Below are positions 52,601 through 64,000 of a stretch of DNA of 64,000 bases, piece by piece. Under the pieces are notes generated by a model. That model had not been told where the DNA came from and did not search any database. It saw nothing but the letters and a program-made list of their open reading frames with translations. Location of the stretch: positions 1 to 64,000 of the forward strand of contig LVLI01000346.1 in the NCBI GenBank assembly GCA_001687465.1, given 5' to 3'. Each line of letters begins with the position of its first letter. The first letter of the stretch is position 1. This DNA comes from Halocafeteria seosinensis (lineage: Eukaryota). A program made the translations under genes and the position numbers.

Positions 52601-54017
52601 GTCAGTAAACTTTCTTCGGGCGATCCAAACCTCATTGTGTTCATGGAAATCAAACGTTGGGGACGGAGTGGGGGCATTCTCGGTGTCGATATCACCTGAC
52701 TGTAGCAGCTGTAAATTATCCGCTGTTCTTGTTTCTATCGCGGATGTGGGTAGCAAGCCGGTATCAGCAGAAGGATCTAGTAGACCATCTCCTATTTGTC
52801 GGACGAATTCGAAGCTCTTGCTAGCCGACTGAGAGGGCTCAACAAGTCCTGTTTCAGGATCCAACTCCGAAACATCTACTCCTTTTCGTTGAAGATCCTC
52901 AAGAATACCACGCTTTGCCAATTCCTTTTCCAACACGTTCTTCCTCGCTCGTTGATCTAATCCATCAAGTTGAGGTTTGAACTCGGCAGAAACACAGACA
53001 AGCTTACTTCCGTTAACCTTCTCCACTATATGCCAAAAGAAGATGCCGGAATCGGATAAGCAAGCGCAAACATGTGAAGCAGCAGGACAACACGTGGCTT
53101 TGTGCACTTCCGAAGAGAATAAGGAAGCAGCTAGGCAATGGTCTTCGTCCACAATTGGAGTCGATGCCTTATTCACCTGTACAAGGTCCCATACGGAGAC
53201 TAGGAACCCAGGAGAGCTGCCAAAGACAAAACATCTGTCGCCTAGCCTGCGGACGTAACCAATTATCCAGTGCTAGACAAAACAGCTGCAGGAGAGCGTC
53301 AACAGTCCTTCACTCACCTTGAAAGAGCCACCGAGCTTATATGGGAGATGGTCGTATCATGTTCAGTGGTCGTTGCGACGGTCCGTGGGGAGAGAGATGG
53401 CTCCTCTTCGTCCGGCACTCCTTTCTCGTTCCCTAGCTGGAAATTTTGAATGATGCTAACAAGCCTCTTACTAGGGAATTCGAAGACATAGACCCGTGGA
53501 ACGGGAGAATCAACCGCCAACGCGACTCTTCTGAAGGAGCAACATTGACAACGACGATATAACTTAACTCTCGAGTTCACAAACCCTTAACACCACCGAC
53601 ACACGACATACCTCGCCTTGGGAGCAACATCGAAGGCCGTAATTTCCATGGGCTGCGTATGCGCTCCATCCTCTGTACGTAGGTCCTCGCCGGGGAAGTA
53701 TGCGTCATGATATGCTCCAAGGTGAAGGAAATCCTCGCTCGGTCCGCGCCTTTCATCAACGTAGCTATCTTCCCCTTCTGCCTTATCTAGGTATTTGATA
53801 TGCAGTATACCACCAGAAATAGGTGCAACAATTGTACCCTGTATAAATTAGCAGAAAAATCCAACCAAATGGGGTTGTAAACCTTCGAAAGAGCGCCTGT
53901 AGACGATCAGCGTACCTCATCGAGCACCTGGTAGCCCCATGCACTCCCAAAGTTGCGATGGAATGAGAGCGCATGTTGACCCTCCTTTCCACCTTGCTCC
54001 ACCCTGCTATCACCCAT
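46640..54017 (-). CDS. CFAP43: Cilia- and flagella-associated WD40/coiled-coil protein, CFAP43-like
   Basis: N-terminal WD40 repeats (VATAGMDATLRLWD), LLYHP..RTPNQKRMQI, PERALHEMMYGTLE, KQGIDEV, C-terminal LQRIRERTFPSF; hand-spliced start MGDSRVEQ at 54017 is less certain. Confidence 0.85.
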
Positions 54018-54519
54018 CTTTCTGTGGAAATTTGGGGAAGGAAGGTGAGGTATACACTTCTAGGACCCCAAACCAAGTGTTTCGTGAATTTGCTGAATTC
54101 CTAACGTTAACGGTCATCAACTGCGCCGGGCCGGTGGCCGGGATATCCGGGCTGGATTCCTCCGGGTACCAGTATACCATGAGATGATCAACATTTTGAT
54201 TCAAGAAGAAGAACTTGTCTAGAGTAACTTTTGTTTGTGTTCATTTTCCTACATGGAAATTTTTAGAAGGAAAAGCTTTAACACCTAGAATCAGCCACAG
54301 CCGGTTGCTGCACACCCAAGAGTTCTTACCAAAGTTTACCAGTACACGTGCTTCCTTCAATTTTCAAACTAACGGATCCCAATCTATTGTTCAACTGACA
54401 TGTTGTACTATCGTTGTATTATGCAATGTCGATTTTCCGGAAAAGGCACCAGCCAGAAACCTCGAGACGCTCTTCTGTCACGAGAGTCTGACGAGACGTA
54501 ACGCTTACACTGTGTACGG

Positions 54520-57157
54520 TTATCGCTGGTCGCTAAACCTTATTCGCCGCGACTTTAGTAGCGTTTTTTCTTGAGGGACACTACGCAAAACATGATTCTT
54601 GTGCCGGTAACCTCGTTCGGACTGGACCGCTCTCCATTGCTCATTGTCCACCGAGTAAGCGCCGATAAGCTTTACGGCTTCGCTCAGTGCTTGACGCAAT
54701 TGCCGAATGGGTGCGTTGATAGGCATGTTCTTCGTCGGCATGTTGCAATAGAATAGGTTAAGCGTATCTATTGAGGACCTATTTTGCTTGTCGCAATTTT
54801 CGACGAAGTCATCTTGATACAGCAAGTTGTGGTTCGGACCCGAAAGGGAGTCGTCATACGGAGGTTTCTCCTGCGCAACAACTGATAGATAGTTCAGTTG
54901 CATCATCTGAGCCAAATTGGAATAGGTAGTTTTCCGCAATTTATAAGGAAACATCTCTGCAAACAATGTACAGTAAACTATCTACAGCCATTTGACAAAG
55001 TTTCTGTTACTCCACACAACATACCAATAACAACAGCATGCTGCGGAAGAAACATTGCATTCGTTAGTCCAGCTCCGTGAGCACTAAGAAGAATTCCTGA
55101 GTTGGCAATTTTCTTAATTTGATCCTTGAAGGAGATTTTATTCATTTCTCGCACAATTTCGAAAGGAAGCCCTGTTCGCTCGAGCTCCTTGATCACCAGA
55201 TCTCGGTTTATGAAATTGCGATTACCCTGCAAGAAGAGGTCGGTGTAGAATCCGCTGTTCACAACTGCTGTAAACTACAGACGTACTTTACGATCTAAGA
55301 AGAATATTTTACGAGGGGGATGATGCGGGTGGGACAGACTTTGCACTCCAGCATATTGGTAGGCATATTGGCGAAAAATCCATGCATCCGCAGTACCTGC
55401 AGTACGAGAATCTACAAGGTAAGACAACAAATCCACGCTTCTAACAGCGGGATAGCTCGTACCTGTAAAAAATTTGTGCTTCTGTCCTGTTACTACCATT
55501 TTCTCCGCGCAGAGAAGACGAGAAGAACTGGAGGTGTACCTCTGGAAGTCGGGGGGAAACAGAAATTGAGTTCCGGGCGGTGCAGTAATATTGAGGGTGC
55601 CCCGGCTCCATGTTGGTAGATCGCCAATGTTGTACTTAAGCGAAGTCGCAGGACCAACGCCATCCCCATTAAAGGCAACGTAATCCATTGAGGGAAGCGA
55701 CCACTGCGTACCCATGACTACTTGCCCAAGTTTCGAGTTCTCCCGAAACCGTTTATCTAACGTATGATCTTCAGCATATTGAACAGCACGGCGAATATGC
55801 CATCGAGATTTTATTGACGACGGGTGATGCTTCGAAGGACGAATGGGTTGTTTCTTGCTATTGGGTATCGAGTGTTGTGAGGCATCCGTCTCGAAGTTCT
55901 TCACAGCATCCTTTGCAGACTTTAGCGAGCCGCGAAATGGTGGAAGAATGCCGCCACCCGTTCTGTTTGACCGAAGCGCATCATACAACATTAGAACTTT
56001 ACTGGACCAATGAAACGGATTTCGATCCCATCCACCCTCGACCCGGGAAAACCAAAGCGTTCCATCCATCCACTCGGCTGTCACGCTCTGAGAGTCTTTC
56101 AGCGACCCATTGCACCCAATAGCTTCCGTCGCAATTGCCTCCCCACGCCAAAACGTCTCTGCAGTTGTATCGACGGTAGGGTCCAGAGCCCAATTTCCAC
56201 GTTTCCTGAATGGAACACGACAGTGGGCAGCTTCCTTTACTTTGCTTTGTCCATTCTTATCCGCGGACAAAAAGTCCGGATGAAGCTTCTTAAACGGGTA
56301 TTTCCCCCCTAAGGGACCAAAGGCCCGGTTGCTAAAGAGCAGAGGATAATCTATCGTCGGGTCACGCTCCTCAAACGGCAGTGGGTGCGGTCGTTCGAAC
56401 TGAGCACTGAGTATGCACCTCGTATAGTCCGTAGATGAACCCTCGTAGTACCGGAAATCGTAGCACTCACTCTTTTCGCTTCTAACCTCCAGCGTTTTGA
56501 AAGTTTCATCGCGTTGCTGCCGCGTTTCATCATCGTCAGTAAGCACCACGACGGCTTCACCATCAAAGCACGCGTTTGAGTACACGCATAGTTCACTCTC
56601 ATCACTCTGGAGATAACAAGTCTGAATTGTTTCTCGGGGTGCTTCTGCTGGTTTCGTAAACGAGGAGGAAGATGTATTTTGTTTCTTGTTTTCCTTCGAC
56701 CTTAGAACATTCAACGCGTCATCGACGGCCTGAGCAAACTCTTCGGAGTCCTGGCCCTTCTCGTGGGTAAGATAGAAGTGCAAATCTACAAGTCCTCGGC
56801 GCAGCGACTCATCCATCGACTCATGCTTTTCATCGGATATTTCGTCCGCTTCCATATCACCGCCGGCTGCCGAAAACGCAAAGTTGCTCTGCACACAATA
56901 AAACTTCTTATCAACATCCCCCCCCCCGGGGAGCAGTTGCAAGAGTTGCAGACACGTACCCGAAGAAGGTTTCCTAGGTGTCGGTGGCTTCGGAGTTGTG
57001 GATTCCAAGAAATAGCATATAGGTGATGGAAAAGCATCACACATGATGCGCCTACAATAATTCCCAGCATCACCAGATACACGGGTGAAAAATCATGCTT
57101 CTTGGACAATTTGACCGCTGCCAATCCATGTTTGTTCGCTTCAACAGATTGCCTCAT
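54520..57157 (-). CDS. Glycosyltransferase family 61 (DUF563), type II membrane protein, multi-exon
   Basis: ISFKDQIKKIANSGILLSAHGAGLTNAMFLPQHAVVI/EMFPY..YSNLA; NPFHW; N-terminal TM anchor. Confidence 0.85.
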
Positions 57158-58455
57158 CGTTCTATCCGAAGGTGAAAACGCTTGCAAGTAAATCTATAAA
57201 GGGATACTGCCGCATACTTGTATGAAAGACAGGGGGCACTTGGCGCGACGTTAATGTCCTCAGCACGCACAGCTACTCTAAGGACCACCAGTGGCCTCAG
57301 CAGCTATCTATGGGCCTTCAACGAACAGTCCTCCCTCAATCCCAACAAATATGTACTATTCAACCAATGTGTCAGATGTTGGTTTTTGTCGTCAAACAGA
57401 GTCCATCGGTCGCAAGTGCGACCTGGACTGCGTTACAGTACTGATTCACCCGGAATCTTGCTGTGGGAAGAGCACAAAGGATTCAAGCCATTCCACCCTC
57501 TCGGATAAAATCACTTCTCCAATGCTTAATTCTTGTTTACCCTAGCAAAACGAAAGATGGAAGGTGGCCACACGGAAGTTGCACCTTTCCTCTTCACGAC
57601 AGTATTGGATACCCATAGATACCAACTCTAAATAGGCCATAAATAATACACACTACTACTAACTCTAATTAGGGAGGCACATTTCCACAACGTAAGCAGT
57701 GTTGACAACCTCGGCAGACGTGATACAGATGGCCAATACGTGTGCATTCTTTGTCGGAGGATAATTGCCCTGTTTTTAGTAGGTAGTGGCATCCTGACCG
57801 TGGCCAGTTGATCTTCGGATCTCGTAGTACTACACGGTTTAGTCAGAGTTCTAAAGTCTTTTGATCCAGCAAGATAGGTACTCATTGGTTCGATATGATC
57901 TGTATTACTGTCATGGTGTCGTTAAACTCGAAACGGAAGCCTATGGGTGTTCGTGTCACTATCTCAGCAAGGCGTTGAGCGTGGTAGCTACCCCACAACT
58001 TAAGGACGCAGTTTATGCAGCGCGTCGACAGGAACCTTCTCTGTGGATGACTATACATTTGCACTTGAGAAAAGTAGTCAGCTTTTAGTTAGAGATAGAC
58101 TGCAATCCATATTTTAGAATGTGTCAAGAATGTACTCCGATTCGCTGGAGCTGCTTACGCATGTTACAGGAATCGTGGAGTTTGCTGAGCATGCGTCCGT
58201 ACTTGATGAGATTTTAAACTTCCAGCGATTGACTGAATTCAACGCTATGGTTAATGGAGGCTCCATTCTTCCTTCACACCCGAACATTCTGTGAACTTGG
58301 ACTCACGCATTACCGTACCAGGTATTTCCAGAGTGTGTAGCCATCTTGCATTATTTGGTCGGCACAGCATTTTCGTATTTGGGTGTCTGACTTACATCCT
58401 TTGGGGGAAAGGGCAGTGAGGAACTGAAAATTTGGTGGCGTTCAGGAGATCGACA

Positions 58456-59084
58456 ATGGTATGTCGAGTCGAGCCGAATGGAAGCCTGTGTTTACTCCTC
58501 TTATTAATCCATTCGTGCAGTCACTAACGTTGCACACAAATTTCGGCGACATCAAAATCGAATTAGAATGCTCACTAGTGCCTAACAATTGCGAGGTACG
58601 TGCAGAGGACTAGCCAGAATACGTCCGTAGTCTCGTGTAGACCTCACTGCTGCAGAACTTCCTCGCGCTGGCTGCTAGTGGATATTACACGGACACAAGC
58701 TTCCATCGCAATATAAAGGGATTTCTCATCCAAGGTGGTGATCCACTCGGTACAGGGAAGGGAGGTGCAAGCATTTGGGGAGAAAATGAATATATCCAAG
58801 ACGAATTCACCTCAGAACTCGCTCATGACCGTCGAGGGATCGTGTCAATGGCTAACAATGGCCCAGACACAAACGCGAGTCAATTCTTTATTACGTACGC
58901 TCGGCAGCCACAGTTGAATAATGCGTATACGGTCATTGGAAAAGTAATACATGGTTGGGATACATTGGATGCACTGGAAAGAGTCCCCGTGACAGGGAAA
59001 AAGTATAGACCGACCAAGGAGATAAAGATCGAAGACATTACGATCCATGCCAATCCTATAGCTATGTCTTCAACCGATACATGA
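58456..59084 (+). CDS. PPIL3: Cyclophilin-type PPIase, PPIL3/Cyp10-like, 3 exons
   Basis: M/SLTLHTNFGDIKIEL..NCE/NFLALAASGYY..FHRNIKGFLIQGGDP..SMANNGPDTNASQFFITY..ITIHANPIA. Confidence 0.92.
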
Positions 59085-59213
59085 ATGTACATTCTATTGG
59101 TGCGGCACTATCTGATTATGCAATACTGTCTCAGCCCCAAAGCTGTCTCATACGGTGCGCGCAACACATAAAGAGGTGCACGGCAGACGAACTTGACCGT
59201 CATAACTTAGTTT

Positions 59214-60644
59214 TTAGTGTTTGCCGGTGTTGGACAAGCTACCGTCTGTTTCTTCAGCCTTAGGAGTTTCTTCTCTGTCAGACCGTGATTCAGACGCCGA
59301 GGCGTCGTTGTCTACCTTTCGTTGCTTCGTATCAGTTTCTATCTCTTGCTCTAAAGAGGCGATCCGATGCTTTCGGGCCGTAGTCCGTTTTTGGGGGCTG
59401 GAGCTAGTTTGCTGCTCCCATTCAAGTCGCTCCTGTTCATAACGCAATTTATCTTTTTGAGCCGCCGTTTTCCACTTTTCACACTCCGCTTCAGACAAAG
59501 CCTTCCACCTTCTGGACAGTTCTTTTGTTAGTTCCCCTAGGGGCAACCCCGGCTTCTCTTCACGAATTTCCGGACGCTTTTCTTTTGAAAACCACAAAAA
59601 AGCAGACATAGGTCTCTTAGGCCCGCTTTTCTCAGTTTTTGGCTTCGGGGGGCGACCTCTTGGTTTGGTGTGTCCACGTTGTTCGCTATATTCAGAGCTC
59701 CTGCTACTGCAGCTACCGTCCTCCTGGCCACTCCTCGGTTCTTGCCTTTGTGGGAACAAGTGCATAGATTGAGCAATTCTTTGATTTTCCTGTTCCGCTA
59801 GACCTTCAAACTGAGATTTTACCCCAGGGTGTAAATTGTCCCAAGTGTGCCGAGTGGCATCTATAATCTGCTGGGGACTGAGTCGGGCATTTGCATCCCT
59901 GTAGTATGCTCCCATTTGTTGTGCCAGTATATCTATCCCGGATAGCAACCAGGGGCCTTGGGTTGGCATTCTCCACGCCCCAGAGTATTGCTGCTGAGGG
60001 CCAAGTTGTTGAGGGGGATATCCCTCGAAAGACTGGGGTGTTACAGAACGTTGCGAAGGAGGCATCGCAGTCGCTAGATTGGCGGACATCAGTTCCTGAG
60101 AGCGATGGTTGGGCCCACCATATGAAGTGGAATTCAAGCTAAACCCTAGTCTCCCTGCAGGATTACCACTTGTTGTACATGCAGCGGACGCCACGCCCGT
60201 TAGCTGGTCATTAACAAGAGGCTGGTGGCGTAATCCTGGACGTGGATGGGGGGCACCAAATGAATTGTTCGTATGTACATGCGATCCTGAGACCACACTT
60301 TCGCCGGGACGAGGTTCGAAAGAATGATGACCATCATAGTTCCAAGGAGGTCCTCGGGGAACAGCGAAGTTCAGTGCAGCAGTGGGACTAATCGGGGCAC
60401 CAGTCATGCCGGGTTGTTGCGTCAACCTACCGGGGTCGTGAGGCTGCAGTAAGTGACTTGCCTTCTGCGAATCCGCCGATGAAGGCTGATGCACCGCTTG
60501 TGGCTGTGCCCTTTCCGTGATGATTGGCTCATTATTCACGTTACTCGACGTCATTGGCCGTGCAGATGGGGATGTTTCACTCTCTGCTGTGGACTCTGCT
60601 GCCATTCTGGCCGGCGAAACGGCAGGATGTTGGTCCTTTGACAT
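59214..60644 (-). CDS. HMG-box protein with AT-hook and P/Q-rich N-terminus
   Basis: GPKRPMSAFLWFSKEKRPEIREEKP..LSRRWKALSEAE..AQKDKLRYEQE; KPRGRPPK AT-hook; first ATG at 60644. Confidence 0.88.
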   Translation of the reverse strand: MSKDQHPAVSPARMAAESTAESETSPSARPMTSSNVNNEPIITERAQPQAVHQPSSADSQKASHLLQPHDPGRLTQQPGMTGAPISPTAALNFAVPRGPPWNYDGHHSFEPRPGESVVSGSHVHTNNSFGAPHPRPGLRHQPLVNDQLTGVASAACTTSGNPAGRLGFSLNSTSYGGPNHRSQELMSANLATAMPPSQRSVTPQSFEGYPPQQLGPQQQYSGAWRMPTQGPWLLSGIDILAQQMGAYYRDANARLSPQQIIDATRHTWDNLHPGVKSQFEGLAEQENQRIAQSMHLFPQRQEPRSGQEDGSCSSRSSEYSEQRGHTKPRGRPPKPKTEKSGPKRPMSAFLWFSKEKRPEIREEKPGLPLGELTKELSRRWKALSEAECEKWKTAAQKDKLRYEQERLEWEQQTSSSPQKRTTARKHRIASLEQEIETDTKQRKVDNDASASESRSDREETPKAEETDGSLSNTGKH

Positions 60645-62064
60645 GATCCACAACTCGGTTAGCAAACGTCGTGATCGTTATAATAGCCTCCTATACCATC
60701 GGCTGAGAATCTCTCCTTACCGATATAATCCAGCCTGATTATCTGCAGTGCAAGTGCAAGCAGAAAATTGTTTCGCGTCAACAGGCCGACACGCTTACTC
60801 AAAGGAATATAGCTGTTCATGCTACTAGACAACATGCATGTATACACGAATTTAGATGATATTAGGCACTTGAAGATACTTGAACCCCCTGACACAAGCG
60901 ACATATCGGTCTTTTGGCTCCCCTCATATGCCCCTGAGTTGCGGCACCTTTTTCGGTAGAAAGTGAGGTCTTTTCTCCAGTACAGCACTACTCATACATG
61001 CTACGAGGCTTCCCTCCCCGGTTCTCATGAAGAATAAGCCTATTTCTGGTGGGATTCTATATCCCACCATCTCACATGCTGTACCGACCGCTTTTTTCTG
61101 CTGCCGGAGGGCAAATCCAGCCGGAGTTCAGGGCCAAGAACAATCGTTCGGCTCGCTGAACAATGCTACAGGCTGTACCCACAGTCTTAACCCTTGACAT
61201 ATCATGCCCACCTCCCTCATTTCACTGGGAATATAGACCGTCTTCGGGTCCCTGGGCAGTGGATATCACTTACTCGACTCCCACATAGTTCGGCGAGCCC
61301 CAAGTACGCCACACCTTGGCTGGGACTCAGGCAGAGTCAGAGGTTTCATGCGCCAGAATATAAAGACTCAGTACAGAGCGCACGGTTCTTACTTAAACTA
61401 TCAAACCCTTCTCTTTTTCAAACGACACCCTGTACGTAGGAAAACTACCGAAGAACACGGTAGAAATTCGTTAAGGGTAGTCCCTATTTCCGCCCCCACA
61501 GAAAAGTACTCCGTTACCTCCTTGGTAGAACAACTACTAGGGTAGATGGCGATCCGCAAACAAGCCGCATGAGGGTTCCACCCCAAAAATGCCAATGACC
61601 ATTTTGCTCGTGCTATGAAGTTATCCAAAAAAGTGTGCATTTGCTTACCTCTAAGGCCCCAAGCAGGATTTTCGTCCGTGGAGCTCAGCACCCACCAGTC
61701 TTCACTACGTCTTTAACCGGATTCGAAACGAGATGCAGATCACTATTGTCCCAAATTCGTTTTTGTCACACTGATAACATACAATATGCCTACTCACACC
61801 AGCAAGAGGTATTGATGTCGCAACTCTTGACGTTGCTACGTCCTTATTGATGTCGTATCCGGGAGTCTGTCCCTCAATGTTAACCGAATAAACCGTCCTT
61901 AACAGAGGTCAAGTGCCCTGGTGATATGCCTCCTATGAATATCCATGAAAGCATTCAGAGAAATAGTCTTGTTAATAACCAAACAATCTGTATAACTACT
62001 TAAGACTACACCGAGTGCCTGGCCTGCTCAAACCTAAGAAGCAGGTGGAATTACCGAAACGTTT

Positions 62065-62082
62065 TGTGTATGTGTGTGTGTG
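62065..62082. repeat. Short imperfect (TG)n microsatellite
   Basis: tgtgtatgtgtgtgtgtg. Confidence 0.7.
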
Positions 62083-64000
62083 GAGCGTGCTGTTGGATGA
62101 TTATCTCAGTAGTTTAAACGGTTATTGTTATAGCAATAGAGGGTTCATTTCATAGTGTTCTAAACTATATCGAACAGATTCTTAAGTCTAATTCCCCAAA
62201 ACCCCGTAGTTTCCGAATAGGTTCGCAGTTATCGATACGCAGTGGTTGCTGGCGCTACATGCGCCTCTTCCTCAAGATAGAGTCACCATACATGTGCTTC
62301 CCTGGAGCATTTAATCATATGGGGGATTCAATCTATCAACACTGTACGCAATGACTGAGGCTTCTGCCAGGTACTTCGGGAGCAAACCAAAGCACCAATT
62401 CCCAGAACAATGTATTCGGACCCAATCAATCCCTTGGAACTGCATAACGTTTTCAATAATTTCAGCATTCACCCAGATATTTTGAGTGCCATAAGAGTGT
62501 TCCAGGGGCTACACAAAGCACACAGAATACTCCCTTCATTATTTGGCCCCCAATGTAACTAGCCTCCAAATAACTAATACGTCAACCGCACTGTTGAAAA
62601 TTTTCATCAGTTAAGATAGTGCATATCCGATAGACTGTGTGCTGTAGCAAGTAGAACACTGAACATTCAGGCTGAAATACTTTTTCAACTCTAAGAAATT
62701 GGCCGAGAAGCGTGGGCTCGAGGAAGAAACCCCAGGAAGTTGTAGCCGACGCTGGAAAATTTCTTGTAGGGCACTCTATCCTGGGGCGGAACAATATGAA
62801 GAATCTCGTGAGAGGGGACGCAGAGGTTACCAACTAGCTTGGTCCAAAGGGTGGTGACGACTCATGATTTAGATAGCATACCACTGAAGCCTCAGGAGTC
62901 GTATCCGGTGTCTTCTAAGACTTTCCTCTACGTGCAGACAAAATCAAACCCGTAGTTCCCCAAAAGCGAGCCGCATTTCGCCTAAGTCGGCTGAAATCTT
63001 AAAAGTTTAGTTATCAACAGTGTCAGTAGTGGACATCCAACCACACCAATCCAATCACATAGCGGTGCGCGATAGACAGCCTCTGAATTAGAAACTTTCC
63101 TTTAAGAGCATGCAATAAACCTTCCAATATTGCTTCGATACCTCATGTAGTGGTCAAAAGTATTGTGCATCATTCCCGATATTCAGCAGAACGCGCACCG
63201 AAGCGATATGGATTCGACCAGCAAGAACCAGTTACGCAGACGTACGCCGGGCTACGTGATTCAAAGTATTTACGCTGGCACATTCCCATGACCATCCAAG
63301 TCATTATTCGATCCCATAATCCAGCTTATAACCGTTCGCTTCAGCGTCATGATCAACCCTTAGGTGTTGCGACATTGGTCGATTTTGCTCCCTCAACTTG
63401 AACTTGGCGTTACACGAGCTCCGTCAGTCAGTGCTTGTTCTATTTTTCTCCAAGTGGAAAAAAGAAGTTGACAGGTTTGAAGTATGTCAGTGACTCTAAA
63501 CTACGCGCACTCTTATTTCGGAGCAACTATGTCTGAATCAGGAGTTCGAGCCGCATATCCAATTGCAACCCGCTCCTGCTGACTCTACCGAAATTTGACA
63601 GACGTGAAAAGACCTCGCCGAGACTTTAGCTCAAAACAGTTGACCTACAACTGTCCTTACTTATCGGCTAGCCAATTTTGAAAACTGTATTGGGGTATTG
63701 GACGGTTGAAGCGCTGGGATATGAAACAGCTAAACCGAAAGACGTGTTTCTAGCAGTGAATGGTCTGCCGCGTTCCGCAGTCAGCCTGGACAGCAGCGGC
63801 GGCAGCGGCAGGCTACGGCTATCACCCGCGAGAAGATATACGGCGACTCCCCGATGCATTCTCCCTAACGGAGCCTATAGGAAACGACGTATCCTTGGCT
63901 TCTGCGAACTATCAAGGAGACTTGCAATAGTATCACGATCATTCTTGCTAAGGAAGTGATTCGACGCCTCGGTGGAGTGCCGTGTCTTGCTACAAAGGCG

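Noticed and set aside
370..57157. Glycan gene cluster (sulfotransferase, GH3, GT61) or ciliary gene cluster
   Set aside because: The genes are widely separated by unrelated housekeeping genes; nothing supports functional clustering.
63520..63570. B-box-like GAGTTCGAG
   Set aside because: No T-stem or acceptor stem pairing.
1..64000. Prokaryotic systems (operons, CRISPR arrays, defence islands, prophage)
   Set aside because: Spliceosomal introns and eukaryote-specific genes throughout; no repeat-spacer array seen.

Overview
Gene-dense eukaryotic nuclear DNA, not prokaryotic. About 23 protein-coding genes are broken by short (mostly ~55-110 nt) canonical GT(A/G)..YAG introns, so the ORF track fragments most of them; the models below were spliced by hand and internal boundaries are approximate. 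Ciliary/centriolar genes (SHIPPO/ODF3-like, CEP20/FOR20-like, CFAP43-like) point to a flagellated protist; the lineage cannot be fixed from this window. Other genes: sulfotransferase, LRR protein, NAA25, GH3 glycosidase, PPR protein, UFD1-like, ABHD16-like hydrolase, fRMsr, PP1 inhibitor-3, Tudor-SN, GT61, PPIL3 and an HMG-box protein. The least ordinary parts are (i) a tandem array of four, probably five, diverged small 4-TM tetraspanin-like genes at 24-32 kb, (ii) an unusually long, structured first intron in SND1 with box C/D-like motifs and two crossing helices, and (iii) a tandem pair of Myb/SANT-like genes sharing an unrecognised C-terminal domain. No CRISPR array, rRNA, convincing tRNA or intact mobile element was found.
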